This document shows positions 29,866 through 41,645 of a stretch of DNA of 64,000 nucleotides, one piece after another. Source of the DNA: Planctomycetota bacterium (GTDB lineage Bacteria; Planctomycetota; SZUA-567; H5-PLA8). A model generated the notes under the pieces. It had not been told where the DNA came from. It made no database searches and saw only the letters and a program-made list of their open reading frames with translations. The DNA is taken from contig JBBRPR010000015.1 in assembly GCA_038227875.1 (NCBI GenBank), positions 1 to 64,000 on the forward strand, read 5' to 3'. Each line of letters opens with the position of its first letter. The first letter of the stretch is position 1. The position numbers and the translations under genes were made by a program.

Positions 29866-30250
29866 GAATGTCGAATGTCGAATGTCGAAGGTCGAATGGC
29901 GAAGGTCGAATCGACGATGAAAGAACTGAGGATAGAAGGCTGAGCGATCCTAAACCCGCATGGGGTGGCCCGGTCCCTCGGGCCGGGTTGCGTTAGCAAC
30001 AAGAAGCTCCAGGACGGAATCACCCATCTCTAAAAAATATTCGACTTCGAAACGCTCACGGACATGCGTTGCCACTCAACAAATTCAATCTCTGGCCTGG
30101 AGCTTCTTGTCGCTAGCGACCCGGCCCGAGGGGCCGGGCCACCCGTCGCATAATAGCGCCCCTCGATCACAACGCATTCGTTCTAATTCTAAATTCTCGC
30201 GCTCGTCACTTTTCGACATTCGACATTCGACATTCGACATTCGCCATTCG
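29866..30250. repeat. Inverted GAATGTC/GACATTC heptamer arrays enclosing a ~52-bp inverted repeat pair (MITE/REP-like)
   Basis: (GAATGTC)n at 29866-29911 and (TTCGACA)n at 30212-30250; inner arms 29962-30013 and 30094-30144 are near reverse complements. Confidence 0.85.
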
Positions 30251-30261
30251 GCACGTTTCGC

Positions 30262-31419
30262 TCACGTCTTCCGATTCGCCAACAGCCGCCGATACGTCGC
30301 TTCCACCTTCTTAAACACCGTCCGCTGGTCGAATTCCGCCAGCGCCTTGGCGCGAGCGGCGTGCCCCATGGCAATGCGCAGTTCATCGTCGTCGAGCAGC
30401 TGCTGCATGCGCGCCGCGAGCGCGGGAATGTCGCCGACGCCGACGCGGAATCCCGTCACGCAGTCCTCCACCGTCTGGCGGCAGCCGCGAATATCCGTGC
30501 AGACTTGCGCCAACCCCGTGGCCGCGCCCTCCATCAGCGCGCGCGGAAAACCTTCGCGGTGTGACGGCAGCACGTGAATGTCCATCGCCGCATACAGGTC
30601 CGGCATGTCGTCGCGGTTGGTCAGCAATGTCAGGTGCTTGGCCGTCGACTGCGGCGGTGTCCACGTCTCGCCGGCGCGTTCACTTTTTTGATGCAGCCCA
30701 ATGGCCAGCAGATGAATGCGCGGGTTGCGCGCAGCCAGCAGACCGCCGGCGGCGAGAAATTCCGGAAAGCCTTTTTCCGCGACGAAGCGCCCGGCCATGC
30801 CGATCACCAGCGCGTCGGGTGCCAGGCCCAATTGCGTGCGGATACGCTGGCGACGTTCGGCATCCGGCGGCGAGAAGGCCTGGAGGTCGATGCCGTTGCC
30901 GAGCAGCGAAATTTTCTCCTGTGGGCAGACGCCTTCGCCCACGGCCGTCTGCACGTCCTCCGGATTCTGGCAGAGGATATGGTCGGAGTGGCTGGCCGAG
31001 AAGCGTTCGATCGACAGCCACATGCGGCGCTTCCACCACGGCATGCGGTCGTGGAGGTAAAAGCCGTGGAGCGTCTGCAATACGATCGGCACGCCCGCGC
31101 GCCGCGCCGCCCATTGGCCGATCACGTTGCCCTTCGGCGTGTGCGTGTGGACGATGTCGAATTTCTGTTCGCGCAAAAAACGTTCGATCCAGTTGCGCGC
31201 GCGGCAATCAGCCAGCGGCGCAATCTCCCGCGTCAACGGCAGCGGCGTGAACGGATAACCGTCGAGCTGCTCCAGGCGCCGCGCGAGCGCGCCGTCGATG
31301 CAGGCGGTATGGATCTGAAACCCCGCCTGCGACAGATACTTCAATTGATCGCGCAGGATCGGAAAAAGCATGCTCTCAGCCGCCGAGAGATGCAGAACCT
31401 TAACGGAGTCATTGGTCAT
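30262..31419 (-). CDS. Glycosyltransferase family 4
   Basis: FDIVHTHTPKG, QTLHGFY, GNGIDL, GRFVAEKG, LPSHREGFPRALMEG, TDIRGCR. Confidence 0.92.
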   Translation of the reverse strand: MTNDSVKVLHLSAAESMLFPILRDQLKYLSQAGFQIHTACIDGALARRLEQLDGYPFTPLPLTREIAPLADCRARNWIERFLREQKFDIVHTHTPKGNVIGQWAARRAGVPIVLQTLHGFYLHDRMPWWKRRMWLSIERFSASHSDHILCQNPEDVQTAVGEGVCPQEKISLLGNGIDLQAFSPPDAERRQRIRTQLGLAPDALVIGMAGRFVAEKGFPEFLAAGGLLAARNPRIHLLAIGLHQKSERAGETWTPPQSTAKHLTLLTNRDDMPDLYAAMDIHVLPSHREGFPRALMEGAATGLAQVCTDIRGCRQTVEDCVTGFRVGVGDIPALAARMQQLLDDDELRIAMGHAARAKALAEFDQRTVFKKVEATYRRLLANRKT

Positions 31420-31544
31420 TGGGCATTGGTCATTTTTCATTGGTCATTTACGGAGAGCGGTAGACAGGCATCTTGGTCGCGACACTGCGCTCTCGTAAAT
31501 GAAAAATGACCAATGACCGATGCCCAATGACCATTGACTCCGTT
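31402..31544. repeat. 143-bp palindromic element built of CATTGGT/ACCAATG heptamers
   Basis: Arms AACGGAGTCATTGGTCATTGGGC... and ...GCCCAATGACCATTGACTCCGTT are near-perfect reverse complements. Confidence 0.85.
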
Positions 31545-31547
31545 CGT

Positions 31548-32477
31548 TCAGCCGGGTCTTGGAAAATTCCGTCCACCACTGTTCGAGCGTTCGGTCTTCA
31601 TCCGGGTGAACTTGTTGCCGTAGCGGGCTTTGCTGGTCGAGCGGGTCCAGAGGTAGATCAGAATTCCGGCGCCGACGAAGACAAAGATGCCGATGCCGAC
31701 GGGGCTGTTCATCGCGCCGGTCGCGACGTTGTCGTAATCGGTGACGCGCTCGACGCGGCGGCAGACGATCAACGGCGTCCAGGTGCCCTGCTCGCCCGGC
31801 GCTTCATTTTTGTAGACCCAGCGCTTCATGAAAATGCCGGTGACGTTGGTGCCGCGGCCGATCGCCAGATCCTTCGGCAGCGGCTCCATCGAGATGAAGG
31901 TCATGATCTTTTCCGAACCGACGGAAATCTGGCCGCGCCAGTATTTCGTCACGCCGGCCATCGGTGTTTTCAGATCGATGTCGGTGACGTAGCGCAACGT
32001 GCCGGAAACCTTGACCACGTCGCCGCGGCAGGTTTCGGGTTTGTTCATCATCGTCACGTAGTTGATCTTGGGGTTGACGTTCTTGGTCAGAAATTCCTGC
32101 GACGACGCGCGCACCGCTTTGAGGATGTCTTCCAGCGCATCGTGTTCGATGAATTCAGCTTCGCTGCCCGGCTTCTGTTCTTCGTCGATGTCGGCGAAGT
32201 TGTCGGACTTCAGCGGAAAGGTCGGCGGCGTCCCCGAGATGACCGTGGGCTCCAGCGCACCGGCCACGGGAGCAGCGGCTGGCGCGGTTTTGTCGTCGGT
32301 CTTCGTGCTGGTGTCTTTCTTCTCGGCCTCGGCAGCCGGTGCCGCTGGTTTTACATCAGGCGTCGCCGGGGCTGGAGCAGGCGCTGGAGCCGGCGGCGCA
32401 TCCTCCGCGCGAACGCGCAGCAGCAACCCCAGGAGCAGTACGGCACAGAGCGGAAGGAAGCGAAGTTTGCGAAGCAT
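31548..32477 (-). CDS. Hypothetical exported protein with signal peptide, Pro/Ala linker and C-terminal TM anchor
   Basis: Signal MLRKLRFLPLCAVLLLGLLLRVRA; RGDVVKVSGTLR OB-fold-like segment; TM VGIGIFVFVGAGILIYLW followed by basic tail. Confidence 0.75.
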   Translation of the reverse strand: MLRKLRFLPLCAVLLLGLLLRVRAEDAPPAPAPAPAPATPDVKPAAPAAEAEKKDTSTKTDDKTAPAAAPVAGALEPTVISGTPPTFPLKSDNFADIDEEQKPGSEAEFIEHDALEDILKAVRASSQEFLTKNVNPKINYVTMMNKPETCRGDVVKVSGTLRYVTDIDLKTPMAGVTKYWRGQISVGSEKIMTFISMEPLPKDLAIGRGTNVTGIFMKRWVYKNEAPGEQGTWTPLIVCRRVERVTDYDNVATGAMNSPVGIGIFVFVGAGILIYLWTRSTSKARYGNKFTRMKTERSNSGGRNFPRPG

Positions 32478-32563
32478 GAAGTGCCTTTCTTCGAGGCTTG
32501 GAACGTCGGTGTACAGCTTACTTCAGAATGAAATCTCCCACCAGAACAAAGGGCGGTTTCCAG

Positions 32564-33064
32564 TCAGTTGCTCAACGGCTCAGCGGGGTCGAGAGTCACC
32601 ATTTCTATGTGTTCTATCCTCAGCCGTTCGCACAAATTGATGACGTAAATGAACGCCTGCCAAGCGGCATTGGGGTCGTAGGAGATTCGAACTTGGACTG
32701 TTGTTCCGGGCTTGGCGATGGTGGTGAGTTCCTCCTCAAATTGATCGAACAGAATTGTCTTATTTCGAATGGTATAGAATGGTTTTCCGTAGTTCTCGTG
32801 CAGCTGAACATTAACAATTAATGGCGCGAAAGCTGTTTTATGACTTGGCCACAAGGCAGGGAATGTATTGAGTTGTACCTGCGGATGGATGAACATCGTA
32901 TCGGAACAGCGAAAATGAAAACCGCTTGGAATTAACATCATGCAAACACAGCCAAGGCTGGTCGCGATCCACAACTTCGCCGCTTTAAACGCGGCGAAGG
33001 GTGCTGGAAGTTTGATGCCACGCCTGGGTTTTCGCATCGGCCTGGTTCCCGGCCTGAATGTCAT
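32564..33064 (-). CDS. Degenerate ExbD/TolR-like protein (lacks TM Asp)
   Basis: C-terminus VRISYDPNAAWQAFIYVINLCERLRIEHI aligns with neighbouring ExbD paralogs; visibly AT-richer. Confidence 0.6.
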   Translation of the reverse strand: MTFRPGTRPMRKPRRGIKLPAPFAAFKAAKLWIATSLGCVCMMLIPSGFHFRCSDTMFIHPQVQLNTFPALWPSHKTAFAPLIVNVQLHENYGKPFYTIRNKTILFDQFEEELTTIAKPGTTVQVRISYDPNAAWQAFIYVINLCERLRIEHIEMVTLDPAEPLSN

Positions 33065-33083
33065 TGAGTTCTCGACGGTTGGC

Positions 33084-33560
33084 TCAGCGCGGAGCGGCTT
33101 GATCTGCGCGCAGCGGGATGAGGCTGCACTTCTCGATCTTTAGTTTGGAGCATTCGTTCATCACATCGATCACCTTCTGCCATTCCACATTTGCGTCGTA
33201 TGAAAGATTTACCTTGAAAGTATTACGACCCGAAGCGACGCGACGAAGTGACTCTGAAAAGTTTGCAAAGTCGGTAGTGTGGTTTTGGAAAAGCATCGTC
33301 ACTTGGCCGTTTTCCTGCGAAATATGAACGGGCAAAATTTCATCCGGTGAATGTATGGGTTCAACGGGATGTTTATTTGTGTTCCCTGGCGGGTTCGTCC
33401 GCTCCAGGGAATACGTCGCTCCCGTCTTCGCATGAAACGCGATCAGGAAAAACTGCGTGATCAGAAAAAAACAATCCACCATGAAGTACACCCACGGCTT
33501 GTCGCCGTGCGGGGCGTCGGATCCGGAACCGATTGAGAGGATGCGGCGACGTCGGGACAT
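33084..33560 (-). CDS. ExbD/TolR-family protein
   Basis: PWVYFMVDCFFLITQFF TM; LSYDANVEWQKVIDVMNECSKLKI; AAGGAG RBS. Confidence 0.8.
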   Translation of the reverse strand: MSRRRRILSIGSGSDAPHGDKPWVYFMVDCFFLITQFFLIAFHAKTGATYSLERTNPPGNTNKHPVEPIHSPDEILPVHISQENGQVTMLFQNHTTDFANFSESLRRVASGRNTFKVNLSYDANVEWQKVIDVMNECSKLKIEKCSLIPLRADQAAPR

Positions 33561-33804
33561 AGTTTCTCTCCTTTGAAAATGCGCGGCGCATGTCGCCTCG
33601 CGGTATACTGAGGTGATGGGGGTGGTCGAACGGTATACGTGGGTACGGCTACGGCTATTCTGGCACTGCAATTCAGATCGTTGCTCTTAACCTGCCCTCT
33701 CGCGTTGGATTGTTCGAGAGAGCGAGGTGAGGGGCCGTTGGCTGTTGCGAACGGCGCCTCACCTCAGCGACACTCCGTTGCCGGAATGTCGCGAGGGGTG
33801 TGAA

Positions 33805-34293
33805 TTACTGACGCATTGGAGCAGCCTTGTCGCCGCGCAGAGGAATCAAGCCGCACTCGGCGATCTTGACCTTCGTGCAGGCATTGAACACGGCCATCAC
33901 ATCGCGCCACGGCACTTCCGGTTCGTACGAGACGCGCACCGAGTAGCGGTCGCCGCCGGCAGTCGTCGAGTTGGCCAGCTTCTGCTGCAGTTCGGCCAAT
34001 CCCGCCTGGCTGTCGAGGAACTTGTAGACGGCCTGGCCGCCATTGTTGAACACGTGGATGTTCAACTGTTCCTTGTTCGTGTGCGTGTCCTGATTCTTGC
34101 TCGGCACCGTTCCGCCCGGCGGAAGCTTCTGCGGCAGCACCGATTCTTCATTCTTGAACTTGAACGTGATGACGAAGAATTCCGTGATCAGGAAGAAGCA
34201 GTCGACCATGAAGTACACCCACGGACGGTCACCGTGGCCCATGCCACCATCGCCGTGTCCGCCGCCTCCGATCGTTCGTCGCTTGTGTGCCAT
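33805..34293 (-). CDS. ExbD/TolR-family protein
   Basis: PWVYFMVDCFFLITEFFVIT TM with Asp; VSYEPEVPWRDVMAVFNACTKVKI. Confidence 0.82.
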   Translation of the reverse strand: MAHKRRTIGGGGHGDGGMGHGDRPWVYFMVDCFFLITEFFVITFKFKNEESVLPQKLPPGGTVPSKNQDTHTNKEQLNIHVFNNGGQAVYKFLDSQAGLAELQQKLANSTTAGGDRYSVRVSYEPEVPWRDVMAVFNACTKVKIAECGLIPLRGDKAAPMRQ

Positions 34294-34380
34294 GACTTTT
34301 GGTACTCCTGAAGGTTCGTTGTCGTCGTTGTCAGGACTGAAGCGTTGCTGTTACCCGTCTTTCTGTTGTGGATCGGTACT

Positions 34381-34863
34381 TCAGTTCTTGGGCGCTTCGA
34401 CTGCGTAGTGCACGTTCACCAGCTTGGCCTGCGCGAGAGTCATCATGACGCGTTCGGCTTCCCGCATCGGCGCGTCTTCGGGAATGCGCAGCTTGACGGG
34501 GAAGGGGACTTCGCCCTGCGGTCCGAGCGTCACGCCGCCACCAGCGGTGCGCTGCGTGATCTGTTCCTGCAGGTACTTGATCAGCGATGAATTGTTGCCG
34601 CCCTGCACCAACTCGTATTCGCGGTTTTCAACGATCGCCTTGTACTGTCCGGTCGCCGTCTTCTTCAGCTGCACGACGATGCGGTTCTTGGTGTTGACGT
34701 CCTTGTCGTTCTTGGCCTGGTCGGCGCGCGGCAGCTTCATCTGCACCGAGGAGGTGCTCTTGGCCATGTCGCCCACCATCACCAGGAACATCAGGAGCAG
34801 TGAGATGATGTCGATCAGCGGAACCATGTCGACTTCTACTGTGTTATCTTCTTTGGCACTCAT
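34381..34863 (-). CDS. ExbD/TolR-family protein (canonical)
   Basis: VDMVPLIDIISLLLMFLVM, MKLPRA, VKLRIPEDAP. Confidence 0.88.
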   Translation of the reverse strand: MSAKEDNTVEVDMVPLIDIISLLLMFLVMVGDMAKSTSSVQMKLPRADQAKNDKDVNTKNRIVVQLKKTATGQYKAIVENREYELVQGGNNSSLIKYLQEQITQRTAGGGVTLGPQGEVPFPVKLRIPEDAPMREAERVMMTLAQAKLVNVHYAVEAPKN

Positions 34864-34922
34864 GGTTGGGGCTCCAGTTTCAGTTCCAGTTTGTCTGCGG
34901 TTCGAACAACTCTTGTTTCAGC

Positions 34923-34959
34923 GCCGGGCTTTCAGGATATTCGCGTCTGAAAGCCCGGC
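34923..34959. repeat. 13-bp stem hairpin (REP-like/attenuator) between exbB and the first exbD
   Basis: GCCGGGCTTTCAG ... CTGAAAGCCCGGC. Confidence 0.6.
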
Positions 34960-34977
34960 ACTCAAAACTGCCCTTTA

Positions 34978-35685
34978 TTACTCCGCGGCCTGTTCGCCGG
35001 CGGTCACGAGGCGGATGAGTTCGTTGCAGTCATTGGAGACTTCCAGCACCGTCTGGGTGACGCGATTCTTGAGGAAGAACGACACCGACAGCAGCGGAAT
35101 GGCGACCATCAGTCCGGTGAAGGTACAGATCAAGGCGATGGCGATACCCTTGGCCATGTCGGACGCGGTCACGGCGTCGGCCTTTTCGGCGATGACGGCG
35201 AACGTCGCGATCATACCGACGGTCGTTCCGGTCAGTCCCAACATCGGGGCCACGGCGGCGATCAGCTGGAGGACGCCGACCTTGTGGAGCAGCTTGTTGG
35301 CTTCGACTTCGCCCGTGTCAGCCATCGCACCTTCCATGGCTTCCTTGCCGTACTGCGCATTCGAGAGCGTCGCGAACGCGATCGTGCCGAGGAACGAGCT
35401 GTCGCCCTGAGCGGCTTCGACGGCGCCGTCCAAGTTGCCTTCCTGTACGCAGTTGATCAGTTCATTGGCCAGCTCCGGCGGGCGGAGCAGATGCGCGCGC
35501 AGCGTGACCAGTGCCTGGAAGCACAGCGCGAAGCCCGTCACGGACGTCAACAGCAGCACGTATTCCATGAACCCGGCTTCTTTGGCCAAGTCCAGAAAGC
35601 TTGCATGAGCCTGACCGCTGACCAGGACCACGCCCATGGCCAACACGGCAGCCACCTTCAACTTGCTCTGAAACACGTTCCGCAT
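34978..35685 (-). CDS. MotA/TolQ/ExbB proton channel family protein
   Basis: IAAVAPMLGLTGTTVGMIATF, MAKGIAIALICTFTGLMVAIP; AAGGAG RBS. Confidence 0.92.
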   Translation of the reverse strand: MRNVFQSKLKVAAVLAMGVVLVSGQAHASFLDLAKEAGFMEYVLLLTSVTGFALCFQALVTLRAHLLRPPELANELINCVQEGNLDGAVEAAQGDSSFLGTIAFATLSNAQYGKEAMEGAMADTGEVEANKLLHKVGVLQLIAAVAPMLGLTGTTVGMIATFAVIAEKADAVTASDMAKGIAIALICTFTGLMVAIPLLSVSFFLKNRVTQTVLEVSNDCNELIRLVTAGEQAAE

Positions 35686-35990
35686 CGCGTTCTCCTTCCA
35701 CATGTATTCAGCCGACACCGGCTGATGGATTAATCTGTTTCTCGTTCTTCCCCGTCATCTCATCAAAGATGAAGCTGGGGATATAACGAGCCAATGCACC
35801 CGTTCTTGCACAAATTTCGTTACTGCTAATCTTTTCCTCGAAACAACTTAAGTAAAACCTGTAAATTTCTTTGAAGACTGTTCTTCTCGTTTTGCACTGT
35901 GCACATTGTGTTTTGGTCGGAGTTCCGTCGTTTTCTTGCGCTTCCAAAAATTCAACGAATCGCTCCCGCGATTCCTGCGCATTTTCTTGA

Positions 35991-38075
<2,085 letters not shown>

Positions 38076-38228
38076 GGTTGCTTCCGGATCATAATCATTG
38101 AAACGCTGGCCGTCGTGGGGAGTCCATTACTGGACACCCGCGATACGCTGTTTGCTTTAGCAGGTAAAAAGCCGCACACTGTGCCGCTTCGTGACGTTCA
38201 AGCTCCGTGCCGTGAGAAAGACGAGTAG

Positions 38229-40334
38229 ATGCGAATAATCTGGGGCATAGCGGCGTGTCTGGTGATTGCAGGTCTGGCGTTGCTGCTGGCCTACGTCGCC
38301 GCTCCCAAGACGGCGACGACGACAGACGTCTCCACAAATGTCGCAACCGGAACCGCGACCTCCACGGCCAGCGGCACTGACACGAAAACCGACGCGCGCA
38401 CGGGAATCAACACGCGCTTCACCGGTGGCAACCCGCCCAAGGTCGAAGCGCCGGGTGACAGCCGCCCCGCGCCGGACGCCCACGCCGATCCGGCCACCAC
38501 CGTTTACATCGGCCGCGATTACGACGCCGCGACGCCGCGCACCATTCAGACCGTGCTCACCACCCGCCGCCGCGATGCCACGTACCAGGCCCTGGTCCGT
38601 TACCAGCCGCAGGAAGTGCTGACGGCCGAAATTCCCGGAGTCGGGGACGTGCGCCAGGCGCTGGCCGCCGAAGGCAAGATGCTGCCCTCCGTGATCCGCC
38701 GCGTCGATCAGGAAACGGAGATGTTCGTCGACAACCTCGGCCAGCCGCTCCATTCGATCATGAGTTACACCGCTTATGTGAACATCGACGGCACGGTCGT
38801 CGCCTACGATTTGGCGCAGACCAGCGGCGGACAGGCCGAGCGGCTCGTCGGGCATCGCACCAAGAAAGGTGCGATCGTCGACATTTACCGTGGCAACCAG
38901 CGCGTCGACACCAACGAAGTCACGTTCCCCAATTCCAAGACGTTCATTCCCGTCGAGATGGAATTGATTCCGCAGTGGTTCCAGACTCACGCCGACGCCG
39001 CGATGAAAAAAGAGCCGGTGCTCTTTTCACTCTTCATGCCGGAAGTGATGGGCTTCATTCTGCTCAAGGCTCAACCGCTGGCCGATCAAGTCGTGCCCAT
39101 CGGCACCGCCAACTGGGATTGCCAGCGCTACGAAGTCTGGACCAGTTCGATGCAGTCCAACGAAGGACAGAAGGCGCACCAGATCATGTGGTTCGACAAG
39201 CAGCCGAACTCGGGCTTGCTGATGCGCGTCGAGGATATCGATCCGAGTCTGAAGCCGGGCGAAGGTCCGGTGACAGAGCGGCGCAACGCCGAAGAGCTCA
39301 CGCATCTGCGCCAGTCCGTCGAACCGGTGCCGCAACTGCCCAAGCACGATTTCCCATATCCGCTCAACGAAACGCTGCTCTACACCGTCCACACCGGCGA
39401 GCAGGACATCGGGCACGTTCACATCAAGTTCGAGCAAGTGAGCGCCGAGGCCAATCCGAAAGCCGCGTACAAGGCGACGGCGATCGTCGACATTGGCGCC
39501 GTCGGCAACCAGCGCCACGAAACCGCATCGACGCTCTTCAACAAGAATTGGGAAGCGATCGACTATACCGCCGTGGGCCGCGAGAGCAGCGACGTGCGCA
39601 CGGATTACTCCGTCGACGCCAAGGTCGCCGCCGGAATGATGACCATGGCGCTGCAGCGCCACACCATCGTGCCGCCGCCGATGGCCAAAAAGCCGGAGAC
39701 CACAAATCCCACCGGACCCGCTACGCCGGAGAAGGACAAAGCCGACAAGGAAAAGGAAGAACTTTGGCCGACCGGAAAAGACCCGATGCGTCGCGTGCCG
39801 ATCAGCGATGAAGACGCCAAGGCCGAAGAAGATGCCAACACCGTAGCCAAGGACACGCACCAGGAACTCACGCGCCCGCTGACGCCCGGCAGCTTTCTCT
39901 TCGATCACAATCGTCTCGAACAGCTCGCTGCGATGGCGCACCGTCTGCCGCTGCCCGACCTAACCAAGCCCGATGCGCCGCGCACGCTCTATCAGAAAGC
40001 CGGCCTCTGTTTCGTGCGCCAGAACCGCGCCGGCGTGGTTCTCTTCGACATTTCACCGGAACCGAAACCGCAGCTGACCGAACGCCAGAAGCAGCGCGAA
40101 GAAGCCGAACGTTCGCTGGAACCGCAGCTTTATATTGTGAACGCGACGAGCGCGATGATGCCCTGCCAGATGCTGCTGGCCCCCGACGGCCGCATCCTGG
40201 AACTCACGCTGAAATTCGGCGCGAAAGAAATTACCTACACGCTCGACGACCCGATCATGCGCCGCCGCGCCGAACGCGCGAGCCGCGAAAAAATGAAACA
40301 AGGCCCCCGCCTGCTGCGCCCGAATTGGTGGTAA
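38229..40334 (+). CDS. Hypothetical membrane-anchored exported protein (beta-rich)
   Basis: 701-aa ORF with host-like codon usage; N-terminal TM; Thr-rich linker; no recognised catalytic motif. Confidence 0.75.
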   Translation: MRIIWGIAACLVIAGLALLLAYVAAPKTATTTDVSTNVATGTATSTASGTDTKTDARTGINTRFTGGNPPKVEAPGDSRPAPDAHADPATTVYIGRDYDAATPRTIQTVLTTRRRDATYQALVRYQPQEVLTAEIPGVGDVRQALAAEGKMLPSVIRRVDQETEMFVDNLGQPLHSIMSYTAYVNIDGTVVAYDLAQTSGGQAERLVGHRTKKGAIVDIYRGNQRVDTNEVTFPNSKTFIPVEMELIPQWFQTHADAAMKKEPVLFSLFMPEVMGFILLKAQPLADQVVPIGTANWDCQRYEVWTSSMQSNEGQKAHQIMWFDKQPNSGLLMRVEDIDPSLKPGEGPVTERRNAEELTHLRQSVEPVPQLPKHDFPYPLNETLLYTVHTGEQDIGHVHIKFEQVSAEANPKAAYKATAIVDIGAVGNQRHETASTLFNKNWEAIDYTAVGRESSDVRTDYSVDAKVAAGMMTMALQRHTIVPPPMAKKPETTNPTGPATPEKDKADKEKEELWPTGKDPMRRVPISDEDAKAEEDANTVAKDTHQELTRPLTPGSFLFDHNRLEQLAAMAHRLPLPDLTKPDAPRTLYQKAGLCFVRQNRAGVVLFDISPEPKPQLTERQKQREEAERSLEPQLYIVNATSAMMPCQMLLAPDGRILELTLKFGAKEITYTLDDPIMRRRAERASREKMKQGPRLLRPNWW

Positions 40335-40520
40335 CGCGCGCTGCCGCGCAAGGGTGCCAGTGCCTTGGCCGGACAAATGACCAAGATGCCACTGCGGTCG
40401 CACCGGCAATGCCGGCTCTTCGCTTTGTTCAGAGCCGTCTGTGCCAGTGGCACATCGCACCGAGCGATGACGCCGTCGGCCGAGCGCTCGGCCTTCGGCG
40501 TTCATCACTCAGCTTCAGCA

Positions 40521-41645
40521 TTATTTTTCGGCGTCGTCGCTACGGAAGATGACGAAGCCGCGATCGAGCAACGTGGCGAAGCTCGTGATGCGTGTGAGCT
40601 CGCTCAGTTCACTGCGCCAGTTTTGGACGGAGAGCTTGAGGCACAGTCCCTCGTTGCGCCGTTTCAAACGGGCCGTACCACTGCGGATCTCCGCGATGAA
40701 CGTCTTATCGCGGGAATCTTCTTTGACGATAGCCAGCTTGGCCGCAGGCGCGGGTTGCCCCGGTTTGGCCGGCCGGAGCTTGGCGGCGAGTTCCCGGCGT
40801 GGAAGAGAAAGCAGACGCTGCTGCTCGTCGGGTGCAAGCCCGACAAGCTTCTCCGCCGTTGAGACCGCCAGCTTGCCCAAGTCCACACGAGCGACCAAGT
40901 CGGGTGTTCCGCGTTCAAGAATTCTGCACGCGGAGCTTACGCTTCTGCCGGAAACGCTCAACATTTCACCCACGAGGTCCGTGGTTTTTGGTGGTTGCAA
41001 ATTTGCAACCACGGTTTCGCGCACCTTGTAAGAATATTTCCGCTCCAATGCCTCCTCTTCGAAGAGCGGAATCATTCGAGCGGCCACCATGGCGCGCTGA
41101 TTCTCCTTCAAATGCCTCCGCCGCAGGTTCGCGGAGACAATGAATTCGAGCAGTGAACTCTGCCCGTCCCACTCGCGAGCCTTGGGCTTCAGCCCCAGTC
41201 TCTGGCACGCGAGCACGCGATGACGTCCGTCGATGACCTGGCCCTGCCAGGTCCAGATGGCCTCGAGTTGACCCTTTTCGCGAATGTCCGCGACAAGAGC
41301 TTCGAACTCCGCTTCCCGCATCGGCGGAAAGATTGCCGCTGAGGGATGGATGGTGAACCCCTCGACAGGCTCGGGGCAGGCTCCTTCGGCAGGCTCAGGG
41401 CAGGCTCCTTCGGCAGGCTCAGGGCAGGCTCCTTCGGCAGGCTCAGGGCAGGCTCCCTCGACAGGCTCGGGGCAGGCTCCTTCGACAGGCTGAGGGCTGG
41501 CCCCGTTAACAGGCACAGGGTTGGCTCCGTCGACAGGCGCGGGTCCGGAATCCGGAACCGACTGGGTCTGCGGGGCTGATACGGCGGGAGCCCCGGTCGT
41601 GCTGTTTGCCGCGGTCTGAGCCGCGGCGTCATGAAGGGGTTGCAT
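40521..41645 (-). CDS. ParB/Srx N-terminal-domain protein (phage-like) with N-terminal 8-aa repeats
   Basis: HPSAAIFPPM...LVADIREKGQLEAI...VIDGRHRVLAC...SANLRRRHL..QRAM; AGGAG RBS. Confidence 0.8.
   Translation of the reverse strand: MQPLHDAAAQTAANSTTGAPAVSAPQTQSVPDSGPAPVDGANPVPVNGASPQPVEGACPEPVEGACPEPAEGACPEPAEGACPEPAEGACPEPVEGFTIHPSAAIFPPMREAEFEALVADIREKGQLEAIWTWQGQVIDGRHRVLACQRLGLKPKAREWDGQSSLLEFIVSANLRRRHLKENQRAMVAARMIPLFEEEALERKYSYKVRETVVANLQPPKTTDLVGEMLSVSGRSVSSACRILERGTPDLVARVDLGKLAVSTAEKLVGLAPDEQQRLLSLPRRELAAKLRPAKPGQPAPAAKLAIVKEDSRDKTFIAEIRSGTARLKRRNEGLCLKLSVQNWRSELSELTRITSFATLLDRGFVIFRSDDAEK
41359..41550. repeat. 24-bp tandem repeat (5 near-perfect + 3 degenerate units), REP-like CCTTCGRCAGGCTCAGGGCAGGCT
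   Basis: Units start at 41359, 41383, 41407, 41431, 41455, 41479, 41503, 41527; encodes (GACPEPAE)n on the minus strand. Confidence 0.9.

Noticed and set aside
40335..40520. GC-rich hairpins suggestive of a tRNA/ncRNA or integration site next to the ParB-like gene
   Set aside because: No cloverleaf, T-loop or CCA and no flanking direct repeat found
41359..41550. Possible CRISPR array (24-bp repeats)
   Set aside because: Units are contiguous with no unique spacers, lie in frame within an ORF, and no cas genes are present
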